In this document: one piece after another, positions 22,251-33,739 of the stretch
How the letters are laid out: every line of letters begins with the position of its first letter
Position numbering within the stretch: the first letter of the stretch is position 1
Assembly (NCBI GenBank): GCA_004764695.1
Contig: SMSO01000005.1
Span: forward strand, 744,001-808,000
DNA: 64,000 bases
Direction of reading: 5' to 3'
Source: Schizochytrium sp. TIO01
Lineage: Eukaryota; Protista; Bigyra: Labyrinthulomycetes
The notes under the pieces: generated by a model
What the model saw: only the letters and a program-made list of their open reading frames with translations
Database searches by the model: none
Told to the model about the DNA's origin: nothing
Program-made: the position numbers and the translations under genes

Positions 22251-22514
22251 CGTACTCTTGCTTGCACCCTTGCTTGCACTCTTGCCAGCTGGTTTCCTAG
22301 CTAGCTAGTTCAAAGTTCTCATTGATTCATATGAGGACTGACTGCTCAGGGGACAGCACGGGATCTTTTGTGAGAAGCTGCGGCGGAGTGGGGTTAGTGC
22401 ATGCGCTAGGAGCAGAGTAGAGTAGGCAGGTAGTAGGTAGCGATAGATAGCTATAGCTTGGCTCTCTCTCTCTCTTACATCGCAACTCGCCTGTGAAATG
22501 GTGAGGCACGTACG

Positions 22515-22632
22515 ATGTATGTATGTATGTATGTATGTATGTATGTATGTATGTATGTATGTATGTATGTATGTATGTATGTATGTATGTATGTATGTAT
22601 GTATGTATGTATGTATGTATGTATGTATGTAT
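22515..22632. repeat. (ATGT)n microsatellite
   Basis: About 29 perfect units, followed by degenerate ATGC/ATGT copies. Confidence 0.95.
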
Positions 22633-22902
22633 TTATGCATGTATGCATGTATGCATGTATTTGCTTTCAGCCTTCTGGGTATATCGCGATGGTGATCATC
22701 AGCACCATGGCCGTCACATCACCGGCAGCAGCAGCACAGCGGCAGCAAGCGGAATATAGATCTCCAAATTGGGGTCCTTGGAGCTTTCCCCTTTCGCCCG
22801 AGTTACAGCCGGTGTGATCAGACTTTGAGAGTGCAAAAAGGAGAGAGAATCGTTTCGTTCTTACTTGTTAGTCTTTCTGTCTCTTGCTCGTTACAGAGAT
22901 GG

Positions 22903-22939
<37 letters not shown>

Positions 22940-23183
22940 AAGAGACATACAATCTCGTCAGAGAAAGTACTCGGAATGCCGACGGCATTGAAGAATCGGG
23001 ACGTTCTCGCGTTCTGCTTCACTGTGTCGATGCGTTCCTTATGAAGCGTCTCAAGGGAGGTGCGGCATATCTATTGGAGAACTAAGTATCTTGGTGCAAT
23101 GGATTAATGAAATGACTGACTGACTTACTGACTTAGTGTCTACCTCTCTACTGACTCACTAATTGAGGGACTCACAGACTCAC

Positions 23184-23324
<141 letters not shown>

Positions 23325-23791
23325 AGATTTTCTTCGTCCAAGTGTATTCTCGAGTGAGTTGTGCATTCATGCAAAGCGTCAAAATGTAACATGGCGCAAT
23401 CTACCTAGCTGCGTGCTTACCTCATTGCATTGATTTTTTGCTTTGCATGCTGCAGATGACCTATCTTTCCAGTGCATCTCGTCATTCCGAGTCATTTGAC
23501 GACAAACTTGGTCTCGAAGGAAGGCATTTGCTCATGGATTGATTGATTGATTGATTGATCGATTAACTGACTGACTGACTGACTGATCCTCTCCCTCCCT
23601 TATTCGAAACAACAGCCCACTCATCCTTTTTACTTCCCTACTCCTTCCGAGTCCTTCCTTCCTTCCTTCCTTACTCGATCCATTGACTGACTGATCGATC
23701 GATTCATCGATCGGTATTTTGGGCAATTTACCACATTTTCTCTTTCCGCCAGCCGGTCATCTCCTCTCGCATCAAGGTCTCCTCGGGCTCT

Positions 23792-23887
23792 GCTCTTCTT
23801 CTTCTTCTTTGCTCTTCTTCTTCTTCTTTGCTCTTCTTCTTCTTCTTTGCTCTTCTTCTTCTTTGCTCTTCTTCTTCTTTGCTCTTC
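23792..23887. repeat. Higher-order repeat of unit GCTC(TTC)nTTT (three 19-bp copies, two 16-bp copies, one partial)
   Basis: Direct reading of the sequence. Confidence 0.9.
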
Positions 23888-24402
23888 CGTCTCTGCGCAA
23901 GTCTGTGTGGGCCAGGGCAGACAGACCAAGTTCGCACAAGTAAGTAGGTAAGTAAGTAAGTAAGTAAGCAAGCAAGAAAGAAAGAAAGAAAGAAGGGAGA
24001 GGAGGGTTCTCGTCTGTCTGTTTGGACCAATTCCACTTACATCGCGTCCTCAGTCCCGAACAACGGAGACAGAGAGAAAGGACCAAACCAAAGAAAACAA
24101 AACAAACAACTCCGTCGAAAAGAACCCTTTTCTAGCTAGGCCACTCCTAGCGGGAAGCTACGAGGCGCTACTGCGTTCTACGTAGAACAACAACAACAAC
24201 AACAAAAAGCGGAGAGGAGCAGGCAGAACTTGACGGACAAGCAAAGAAGAAGAAGACAAGGGATACATACTCGCAAAGGCTGTCCGCTACCTAGGTCGGC
24301 AGAGTAGATAGTATAAGTGGGCTTGTCTACAAGCGGACTTTGGCCTGCTCGCAAGCCTAGTGCGATTTTTTGGTTACGAGCATTGGGAGCAACGTGAAGA
24401 AG

Positions 24403-24602
24403 GTGAGTAGTTTGGTCGTCTTTTTAGAGACGTAGACTTCTTTCTCTTTTTCTTTTTCTCTTTTTCTGTTTTGTTTGTTTTGTTTTGTTTTGTATTTGTT
24501 TTTGTTTTTGTTTTTGTTTTTGTTTCGAGTCGTTTGTTTCAACAATTTTGAAAACACAAAAGCAAAACAGGCAAATAGCCCATCAGACTAACATACTTAC
24601 AG
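24403..24602 (+). other. Probable spliceosomal intron in the 5' UTR of the 24708 gene
   Basis: Donor AAG|GTGAGT at 24403, T-rich interior, branch-point-like GACTAAC at 24586-24592, acceptor TTACAG ending at 24602. The first ATG after the acceptor is the 24708 start. Confidence 0.7.
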
Positions 24603-24707
24603 AGACACCCGTTGATACAGCAGGCTAGCAACAACCCTGGAGCAGAACAGTAGGCACCAGACTTTAATTAGAGCAGCCCAAGGCACGCCACACTACGCCA
24701 CGCCTCC

Positions 24708-26576
24708 ATGCGCAACCTAGCTGCCAGCGACCTTCGTGGTCGTCGCGTGCAGAACCTGTCTTGGCATGCAGACGTGTCTTCTGACGCCCTCCCACCTCCT
24801 CTCCTGCGTCTGAGAGCTCCTACCTGCGAGCCCAAGCCGCCCAAGCCCACGTTCTTTTGGTCGTCCTCTTCTTCTTCTTCTTCTTCTTCTTCTTCGTCTT
24901 CCTCGGGTTCTTCGTCAACTTCGAGTTCGTTCTCCTGTTCAAATTCTTCTTGTTCTTGTTCTTCTTCTTCAAGTTCCTCTCTCTTCAGCTCGCGTCAGTA
25001 CAGTTCTTCCTGCTCTCTACCTCTGAGCGCCTCTATCTCCCTCAGTCCTCCTCTGTCTCCTTCTTCCTCTTCCTCTTCCTCTTCCTCCCTATCTCCCTCC
25101 TCTGCGACCACAATTCCACTCACGCGAGAACAAGAACAGGAACAGCGTCGACTGCGACGAAGACAGCAGCAGCTACAACCACAACCACAACGAGCGCAAG
25201 CACAGCCACTGCACAAACAGCTAACTCAAAGACATTCAGGCCACTCCACGCACAGCAACAGCGAAGGCTCGGTCAGAGTTGGGTCACAGCAGGAATCAGC
25301 AGAGAGGCCCACGAGTTCTCAACAACGACGACTTGAGCATCGTCATCAACGCTCAAGGCTGCAGTACTACTCCTCTTCTGCCGGCTCAAATACGAAATCT
25401 GGGCTAAAACCTGAGTCTTCGTCGCCTTACGAGCTCTCGGTTGAGATTGTGCCTGCACTTCGTCCTCCGCACCCGTCCCTGGCTCCTCGTTGTGCATCAC
25501 TCACACCGCGTACTCTTCTGCGCCGCGCTTCGGCAGGACAACTTGCGGAGCGAAGACGCCGCATTGAAAATCAATCTTCAAACTCAACTGTACCATCCAT
25601 CTCATCTGTCTCTTCTTCAAGGTCTTTCAACTCTCTGGAAATCCAATCCTCAAGTTCTGCAGGAGCGTCGAGATCTGACAGCTCTTCGGCTGCGTCTTTG
25701 TCCTCGTTCTCATTGAAGTCTTCTGCTGCAGATTGTTTTGAAGATCGCTCTGAAGACTTTTCATCAAGGTGCAAAATGACCACAACTTACAATGCTTCTA
25801 CTGCAGCAGCTGTTGCAGAGACAGCTGAGTTCCACTATGCTCAGGTCGCAACAGAGAACCTTTGCTTTGCCCTGCGCCTTCAAACTGTTCTACAGGAGGA
25901 CCACCGTCGCGTGGCCTTTGCAGCGCCCCCCAAGATGCACAAGGGCTCATTCAAGAAACAATTCAAAAACCAAATGGAAGAGACCATGCATCAGCCGCGC
26001 TGTGGCAGCATCATCATCAGCAGCAACAACAACAATAACAGCGACAACAATGACAGTGGTAATAGCGATGCTCATAGTGCAGACAACTTCATGGAGGCAA
26101 TTAGTCCACTCAGCAAAGAAACACAACCCGAGGGGCCAGCGGAGGACAGTTATCTTGACGAAGAAGATCGAGATGAGGAAGAGGAAAAGAGGTACGACAC
26201 GCAGGGGCAATATGCTCAGATAGAGACAAGTATCATGGAGGAAAACCACACGCGCCAGAGTACAACCGAATACCTCATGCCACACGAGACTTGTGTCAGC
26301 GAATCTCCTCGTGAAGGCGACATGCGCCACTCTCAGTTGGAAGAAGAGCCTCAAAGCGATAGCGAGCACTTGGAGGAAGCGGCAGAGCACAAGGCTATAC
26401 AGTCCCCAATCGTTCCGCACTGCGAAACCGATCCCATCCTTATTGAAAGAAGCGTCCAGCTTTGCGCGATGCTCCAGAATGACAATCGCCGAATCTCTCT
26501 GGGCCGACCTTCCTTGAGCCGGCCCTCGACCGCTTCTTCTGCCACATCCTCTATAACTACGGCATCAACCTTGTAA
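24708..26576 (+). CDS. Ser-rich, largely disordered protein of unknown function with a duplicated LxxxLQxDxRR[VI]x[FL] motif
   Basis: 622-aa ORF that stays open across several low-complexity tracts, has a non-repetitive acidic C-terminal half, and is preceded by a well-formed intron. Confidence 0.65.
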   Translation: MRNLAASDLRGRRVQNLSWHADVSSDALPPPLLRLRAPTCEPKPPKPTFFWSSSSSSSSSSSSSSSGSSSTSSSFSCSNSSCSCSSSSSSSLFSSRQYSSSCSLPLSASISLSPPLSPSSSSSSSSSLSPSSATTIPLTREQEQEQRRLRRRQQQLQPQPQRAQAQPLHKQLTQRHSGHSTHSNSEGSVRVGSQQESAERPTSSQQRRLEHRHQRSRLQYYSSSAGSNTKSGLKPESSSPYELSVEIVPALRPPHPSLAPRCASLTPRTLLRRASAGQLAERRRRIENQSSNSTVPSISSVSSSRSFNSLEIQSSSSAGASRSDSSSAASLSSFSLKSSAADCFEDRSEDFSSRCKMTTTYNASTAAAVAETAEFHYAQVATENLCFALRLQTVLQEDHRRVAFAAPPKMHKGSFKKQFKNQMEETMHQPRCGSIIISSNNNNNSDNNDSGNSDAHSADNFMEAISPLSKETQPEGPAEDSYLDEEDRDEEEEKRYDTQGQYAQIETSIMEENHTRQSTTEYLMPHETCVSESPREGDMRHSQLEEEPQSDSEHLEEAAEHKAIQSPIVPHCETDPILIERSVQLCAMLQNDNRRISLGRPSLSRPSTASSATSSITTASTL

Positions 26577-27566
26577 CAAGTTCGACATTTTCACGTCAAA
26601 CCTCTCACCAAAATAGACATTGCTGCTCGAGGCACATTCCTCCACGACATCATCATACAGAAGGGCTCTGGTTTGGCAATTTGCGTTTTTCATAAGTTTG
26701 GGTTGTATGCTCTCCCTTATTTTGTACCTTTAAATTTTTTTTTGCGGTGAGAGCACAGACCCCATCGAAACTCGAAAGCTGCAAATTTCACCAGCTTGTC
26801 TACTTCTTTGCCAGACTGTAGAAAAGCTCTTTCTTTTCTATCAACTTCAATGTATGGTCAGAGTAAATACATTTGATCTTTACTTTTTATATCACGATCA
26901 CATTTTTTTGCCGAGGTCTTGTCCTGTCCCAATCACTCTATTTCGGCACAACTTAGACACAAGAATCCCCCTTTGTACACTCCGGGACCAACTTCATCTC
27001 AAAATTCTTACTTTGATAAATCTTACTAGTGGGAAGTACTTTGCTTACTCGTGTCACTGGGTCGGAATTCAGCAATGCATGCGAAGAGAAGGCTAGGTCT
27101 AGACTTTGGTGTTTAATTTTATACTGTCGTTGCTTGTCACCAACTACAGAGAGGCTATATAGTGAAGGGATCCGCGAGGTTTTCTAATTTACTAAACCAT
27201 ATACTCTAAAAATCTCATATATAAAGTTCTTACGGCTGATAACGGTGAACTGCTAATTGTTTACTAAGATTGCGCAGGAACGTATACCAGATTTTGGTTT
27301 CGATTGAGCTACACAAATTTTGACTTGGAGTGCAATTATAGAGCTTCAACAAGTATAAATATAAATCTCGTACAGATTTCAACAAGAGGTAAATATTGTT
27401 GTTCGAAAGAAGATAGAAGAGACGATTCTGTATAGATCAAGAATGAATAAAAGTATTACATGACCTATTAAGATCCAAAGAGCTTCATGTTAAAGTGAGA
27501 CCTCGCTTGTCTTAACATATCCGAAAAACGTTTTGAGAATCAATATAAGCACGGGTACATGGATTA

Positions 27567-30500
27567 TCATCCAGATCGCATGTCTAATATAAGTTTCTCA
27601 AATTTTGCCACATTGCGAGTGTTCTTCCCGCGCTCCTGTTCCAAAGCGCGACCTAGGACCTGAATCTCATGTCGTAGTTCTGCTGCTGTAGCACGCCAAC
27701 GCTTTATTTGAGCTTGCAAGTCTACCTCGGATTGCTTCGTGAGGTCTAGTCGTCCTTGCAGACTGTGGTTACTTGCAATAACTTCGTCATACCTACTCTG
27801 GAGTTTGTGAACTTTTTCGATATGTCGAGCTTTCTCCTCAAGGAGAGTTTTCTCTTCGTTTTCGAGCTTAGTTTGGGTAGTTGCGAGTAGCTCTCGTGTT
27901 TCTTTCAAACTTGTTTCAAGAATTTTAATATGTTCGACTTGGTCAGCAAGTTTTGAATCGCGATGCTCGACTAAGTCACGAAACTGCTCCATTTCTTTTG
28001 CAGCCTGTTCAAGTGCGGAAGACTTTCGCTCAAGGTCCTTGCGCAGAGCAGGCACATCCTCTTGCTCTCGAGCACTTTCTTCATAACTCTCAATAATCCC
28101 TTCTTGTTCATCAATGGTATCCTGGGTTTCCTGCAGTTGAGATTTTAATTCCAAGATGCGGTCTTCTGCCATTTGGAGCTGCGAGGCTACATCAGCATCC
28201 TCAGTAGCTTTGCGCCGAAGCTCCTCAATAGTTTCATTTTGATCTCGAAGCATGGTGTCTTTTACTTTTAGGGCTGCTCGAGCTTCGTCCAGCTCCCTTG
28301 CTATACGTTCACGCTCTGATGTTGCTGTTAAGGTTAGCCTTCGGCATTCTTCTTTTGTAGCATCACGCTCAGCCTGTGCACGCAGCGCATCGGCCCGCAA
28401 TTCATCGATATCTTTGATTCGTCTTTCCAAAGAGCGCATTTCTAGCTCCAAAGAGGATGCTTCTTCTGCGTGCTTTTTAGACATGTCATTGAGACTTTTA
28501 TGAGTTTTTTTGAGTTCTTCATCTTTAATCCGCAAGAGGTCCATCATTTTCTCTAGCTTTTGTTTTTGCTCGCGGACTACACCAAGAGCGTTATGTAGCT
28601 CCATTGAGCTCCTTTGAACTCGGAGATCGTGGTGTGAGCTTTTTTCACGCTCGTTATGTAAAGCCTTTTGTGTGATCCGAAGTTGGTGAGTAATTTCGTG
28701 AATTTGCTCTTCTGCCGTTTGAAGTCTCGTACTAAGCATCTGGTTCTCTTTTTCCCAATGCGCCTGGGTAGTCTTTGAGTTTTCTTTTTGCTCAAGCAGT
28801 TCTTGGCGTAGCTGTTGTGATTCAGATAAAACAACTCCAAGCCGTTGCTCTAGTGCCGTGGCTTCTACACTACGATCGCGTGCCTGAGCCGCATATTCTT
28901 CACGTCGAGATTCAGCCAAAGCCAACTTTGAAACGAGCTCGTCTGCTCGAGCAATTAGCTGGTTTTGTGTCTGCGAGTGTGCTTCCTGATAACGATCAAG
29001 ACGATCTTTCAGAGCTCGCCTGCTTGCCATACATGTTTCTAAGCGCTCAGACAACATTGCATTATCCTGTTCTGATTTTAAAAGAGAAGTGTTGCATACT
29101 TCTAGATCATGTTCGAGTTTGGCAATTCGAGTGCGCGCTTCTTCCTGAGCAGAAGCAAGCTCTGTTTCCTTCTCTGTTTGGATATTCATAAGAGCTTTTT
29201 GGTAATCCTCCATTCGTGATTCTAGCTCACCAAGCATACGCTGGCATACTTGAGATGAGTTTCGCTCTAATTCATCGAGGCGTTGCTTCCACACTTGATT
29301 TTCCTGGCTATCAAGTCTCTGCCGCAACATAGAAAGCTCCGATAGAAGATACTGTTGAGCACCTATGCCTGATTCGCGACAAACTTCATTGGGTTGAATA
29401 GTTTCGAGTTTTTGTGCAGATGCAGGGCTGGCATGTTGTGACGAAGGCGCACAAACTTCGTTCTGGAGTTGCACTTCTGCAATGTGGTCGTCCTTTTCTT
29501 CTCCTGGTTCCGTTGAGGGCTGCTCATTCTCCGCATTGCTACCCTTCTGTTCATCATTTGTGTCTGTTGACTCAACAGGGGCATCTGGATTTCTGTTATG
29601 GTCAATTTCAGGAGTGCCATCAACAGCACCTTTTACTTGGCTTTCGCTCTTCGTATAAAACTTTTGGGGGTCTGAGTTGCTAGAAGGGCTAGAAACCGAA
29701 TTGGCCTTATCTTTCGCGTTATGAGGCGAGTCCAAGGAGCTTTCTTCAGAACAAATGGATTGAAGCTCTTGCTGCTGCCGCTGATATCGTTGCGATACCT
29801 CATGCCGTAAGATCACCAAACATTCAACAAAGTGCCCGACCTTAAGCTCTTTGCAAAGGCCAGCATGCCGTAGATGGTGAATCTGCCGTGTAGTAGCCTG
29901 AACTCGTGCAGAGCGAAGCAAATCTTGAAATTCAAGATCTTCAAGATCGATGCTTCGAGATAATGCCTCTTGACCGGACCATTCTAGCAAAACTTCTGAA
30001 GGACGGCGAGGACATTCTATTTGAGTTCCACACCAATCGTTCACAAGTTGAATTCTTTGTGCCTCTGTAAGCATCCTCTGGCGAAGGATGCGTGTATGTA
30101 CAATACGCTTATCGTTCTGAGAAGTTTGTGTTTTAGCAAATTGCGACCAAGGGTTAGAGTGGAATCCGCTATTCTTTTCATCAAGGGCCCTTGAACTTTC
30201 GTTTGGTGATGATTCCCCCATTCGGACTTGGTTCGAATTCGACTCTGGGCTTGTCAATAGTTTCCCATGCGTGCGTTGCATACGAAGAAAAAACCTCTCA
30301 GCAGCACGCTCAAAACGAGGAAGCTCCACAGGCGAATCCGACGAAGCAGGTGGAGCATCTTGTGGCTCACGCTGTGCGCTAGCCTTTATCGATTCTTCAG
30401 CATCTGTTTTTTCAATTTGAGGTAAAAGAGCTGAAACCTTTTCGCCCAAAGATTGTGTTGTTGATAAGGGGTTGTCACGAAGCCAAAGACTTTTAAGATT

Positions 30501-31325
30501 TTGGCAAAGCCTAAGTGGAGAAAGGCTTAAGACTGTGTTCATCTTATTCTGGCGTAGATTCAGGACACCTAGGCTCTCAAGGACACTGAGACCTTCAATG
30601 TCGTCAATCACATTATAAGAAAGGTCAAGTTCACGGAGGCTTCTCAGAGGTGGAAAGCTACCTGCAGGGATAGCCTCCAGTAAATTGCTAGCCAAACTCA
30701 GAATGACAAGATGGTCCAGCCCGGCAAGGTCCATAGCGGAGATTTTGGGTATATCATTCGAGGCAAGATTTAGTTGTCTTAGACTTTGAAAATCTGCCAA
30801 GCCGTTCAAACAAGTTATTTGGTTGCCTTGTAGATTCAGCGTCTTCACGCGGTACGCCTGAGCAAGTTGTTCATCAGAAAAGTTCGTCTCTATCCTGCCC
30901 TCCATATTGCAGTTTATGTAGCTCCAGTGTTCCAAGCCATCCTCAAAATTGCAATATGCATCTTCAGCACAATTTTCGTTGCCATTGTTTCCCACCATCT
31001 CATTATTTACTGGTTTTTCGGAATCCTTTGGATCCCAAGGGGTGTTTTCTTCATCACCTATGTCGTTTTTGCTGTCCACAAGATGTTTCCCTCGCTCTTG
31101 CTCGAGTTTGAATTCTTGGTTTCCTCCGTCTTTCTTTAAGCTGAGTTCTTCACCCGTTTTTATCCTTCGTGGACGAAGGCTACGCCGGCGAAGTAGATTG
31201 TCGCTAAGAGGATCCCCACCTCTGTTCTTGTGTCCAAGGTCGTCACCGCTCTGCGTCTTGAGTCCCTTGACCTCCTGAGCGCCTCTTTGGCGCCCCTTCC
31301 CACTAGCTGCGGACGCCCCCTGCAT
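27567..31325 (-). CDS. Leucine-rich repeat plus long coiled-coil protein, LRRCC1/CLERC/VFL1-like centriole or basal-body protein
   Basis: 1252 aa. SDS22-type LRRs (LNLQGNQI, LNLASNDI, LSLASNLL, LDLSYNVI, LNLRQNKM, LWLRDNP), then about 600 aa of coiled coil including ALKVKDTMLRDQNETIEELR, which resembles the LRRCC1 C-terminal motif as I recall it. Orthology not verified. Confidence 0.75.
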   Translation of the reverse strand: MQGASAASGKGRQRGAQEVKGLKTQSGDDLGHKNRGGDPLSDNLLRRRSLRPRRIKTGEELSLKKDGGNQEFKLEQERGKHLVDSKNDIGDEENTPWDPKDSEKPVNNEMVGNNGNENCAEDAYCNFEDGLEHWSYINCNMEGRIETNFSDEQLAQAYRVKTLNLQGNQITCLNGLADFQSLRQLNLASNDIPKISAMDLAGLDHLVILSLASNLLEAIPAGSFPPLRSLRELDLSYNVIDDIEGLSVLESLGVLNLRQNKMNTVLSLSPLRLCQNLKSLWLRDNPLSTTQSLGEKVSALLPQIEKTDAEESIKASAQREPQDAPPASSDSPVELPRFERAAERFFLRMQRTHGKLLTSPESNSNQVRMGESSPNESSRALDEKNSGFHSNPWSQFAKTQTSQNDKRIVHTRILRQRMLTEAQRIQLVNDWCGTQIECPRRPSEVLLEWSGQEALSRSIDLEDLEFQDLLRSARVQATTRQIHHLRHAGLCKELKVGHFVECLVILRHEVSQRYQRQQQELQSICSEESSLDSPHNAKDKANSVSSPSSNSDPQKFYTKSESQVKGAVDGTPEIDHNRNPDAPVESTDTNDEQKGSNAENEQPSTEPGEEKDDHIAEVQLQNEVCAPSSQHASPASAQKLETIQPNEVCRESGIGAQQYLLSELSMLRQRLDSQENQVWKQRLDELERNSSQVCQRMLGELESRMEDYQKALMNIQTEKETELASAQEEARTRIAKLEHDLEVCNTSLLKSEQDNAMLSERLETCMASRRALKDRLDRYQEAHSQTQNQLIARADELVSKLALAESRREEYAAQARDRSVEATALEQRLGVVLSESQQLRQELLEQKENSKTTQAHWEKENQMLSTRLQTAEEQIHEITHQLRITQKALHNEREKSSHHDLRVQRSSMELHNALGVVREQKQKLEKMMDLLRIKDEELKKTHKSLNDMSKKHAEEASSLELEMRSLERRIKDIDELRADALRAQAERDATKEECRRLTLTATSERERIARELDEARAALKVKDTMLRDQNETIEELRRKATEDADVASQLQMAEDRILELKSQLQETQDTIDEQEGIIESYEESAREQEDVPALRKDLERKSSALEQAAKEMEQFRDLVEHRDSKLADQVEHIKILETSLKETRELLATTQTKLENEEKTLLEEKARHIEKVHKLQSRYDEVIASNHSLQGRLDLTKQSEVDLQAQIKRWRATAAELRHEIQVLGRALEQERGKNTRNVAKFEKLILDMRSG

Positions 31326-33739
31326 CCAAGCCTAGTGGGTTTTTGCTCGAAGGCTAAGACGCGGCCTCTGAATGAATTTTATAGAGGACTAGTTTGCAGG
31401 TCCTTTCGAAGACCTCAAGTATGCGACGTTTTTCCCATCCTCCTTTAAATCGGCATATGTCAGTCATTCGTCGTTGCGTATTTTTAGTCACATTCTTTCT
31501 TTACGAGAGACAGAGCTAGGCGATACCATAGTAGTGCTATTGTAACGAAGTGCTTGAAAAAGCAATAAACGAAAGATAGTAGGGTAGGTGCTATTAGGGA
31601 AAATATGTAGTACTTAGGTATCTGTGTTGATTGCCTTGATGAGATGGGATGGTACTTTGAACGTGGAGAATCGAATAGCGCGAGATGATGTAATGGCCAT
31701 GGGTGGATAAGACGATACTTTAACTCATGAAATACTAGCATATATCGCAGGGTAGGTTTGCTGCAGTGTAGATTGTTTGATGAATAAGGAAGTCTTGTCT
31801 GTTGTTGTGCATCTTTTAGACATTTGTTTTGCTGTCATGTAAATATGAAACTACTTTGGTCGTTATAGCCAACAGCAACCATCACAAACCTACCCCATTT
31901 AACAAAGCAATAGATCTAAGAGAATAAATAGTCTACGGTACCTCTTTTGCGTTTGATTTTGTTGATGAAAAGGACTCCCAGTTCTTTTTCTGGTAAACAA
32001 ACATTATAAAGAAGCCAATCAATGACACTTAGACGGATGATATTCTTCAATCCACACATACATGCATACAAACAACTTTTCCTTTCCTTCCTAAAAAATA
32101 GATGCGAAGGTACAACGGTGATTTAAATAAATAGTAAATATATATATATAAACAAGTATCACATTGCCTCTCTAGAGTACAAAACCGAATGTTAGTAATA
32201 CTACCGAAAGAAACAGGAAAATGTCTTCTCAAGTTGGCCTAAATGGACACAGACTGTTTTTAGAGAAATTAACACAGACTTATTCTTGTTTGAAAGATGT
32301 AAGTGGCCTTCTCTCTAGCTAGACTCCATCCTAATACAAAATGGGCGTTGCAGTGTATCGTCAGCCTTGCCGAATGGCACTAAGCCCGAACTGGTACCGA
32401 TGACAGTAATCACTGGCACTTTATGGTAGCCTGCTTGAAAGAGCTCTACGAAGTCCACTCGGCCACAGATTCCTTCCCCGAATTGCGTTCACTTTGCAAA
32501 TCCCTGTTTTCTTTTGTCTTCAAAAGCATCACTAGGCCATTTACAAAAATGTCTAGCTGCTATTGCTTCTGGACTATTACACTTATGCTACAACTTTGTG
32601 TTTGCACAACTTAATCTAAGACTCCATTCATGCATAGGCCTAGTGTATATAAGAACTAGATATGGGTCTCATTTGCACAATAATTGTTATCCCGATGCTG
32701 CGGTGTGTGTATTTCTGGTTGTGTATTTTCAACTGCTAGTAGGTAGCCAGAGCCTTTTCCATTATATAGAGCCCATTAAAAATAATAAAAAATAATAAAT
32801 TGAATTTTGAAAATACATTGCAGTTTGCTGATTCTAGTGGGTATTTATTTCGTTGCTTCTAAATGCAATCAATTGAGAATGCTTGTGTTTGTTTCTGTCT
32901 TTATGTATTGGTTGTCGATCGCCTTTCTGAGTAAAGTTCGCTTTCTTGGAGAAATCCAGCTTGTTCACTCGCTCGTCGCTCGTTTTCATCCCCTCTTTCC
33001 TCTTTTTTTTTTTTTCACCTTTGTTTCTTTGAAGCAAAAAAGCCTCTCAGTACCACCTAGTAGGTCCCTAATATCACTACTTCCTAGACACTTCGTCAGT
33101 CTGAAGGAACTCACTCTCTTTCTTCTTTTTATTTTTCCCTCCTGTGAATCAGTTCGCAAGCTTTCCAATCCTTACGGCAAGGGCTTCTAAGGATCAGAAT
33201 CATAATTTTAACAACTTCAGAGTGTTGTTTAACGCAGACGCGGTGTACGTGACATTTTACTACCTGCCTAGCTAGGTGGTCGTTGTGCATTCCTTCCAAG
33301 CGCCTTTCTTCTTCATTGTTACTTTCTCTCTCTTTCTTATTCCCTCTCAGAGTGGCTGAAAGTTATATATACCAGATACCAGAAAGTAAAATGGTTTATA
33401 GAATAGGTACTTTAGAAGTATAAAAAGTTGTGTGTTTTATAAATATTGATTCTTTATTGTAAAGCCTGAGAACATAAGATTTTTTTTTAAATTTTTTTTA
33501 TTAAATGTATCATAATAGTAGGTGTCTACTAAGGAGTAATAGGCCTGATTGTTGACTTTTCTAACTTACAATTGCGGCTCTTTGACAAAAACCTGGATTC
33601 ATAGCGCACGCTCGCTCGCTCGCTCGCTCGCTCGAACAAAAGTAAAGGCAAATCTTGTTGAGTGCTGATAACCTCTTGGTCTTACGGTGGAGATCAGACT
33701 TACGCAGATCATCCTTGTCAGAGTAGCTTAAGTAGCAAC

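Noticed and set aside
33662-33739. N-terminal extension of CAP from a GTG start
   Set aside because: In a eukaryotic context the first ATG (33740) is the expected start, and it yields a clean myristoylation motif.
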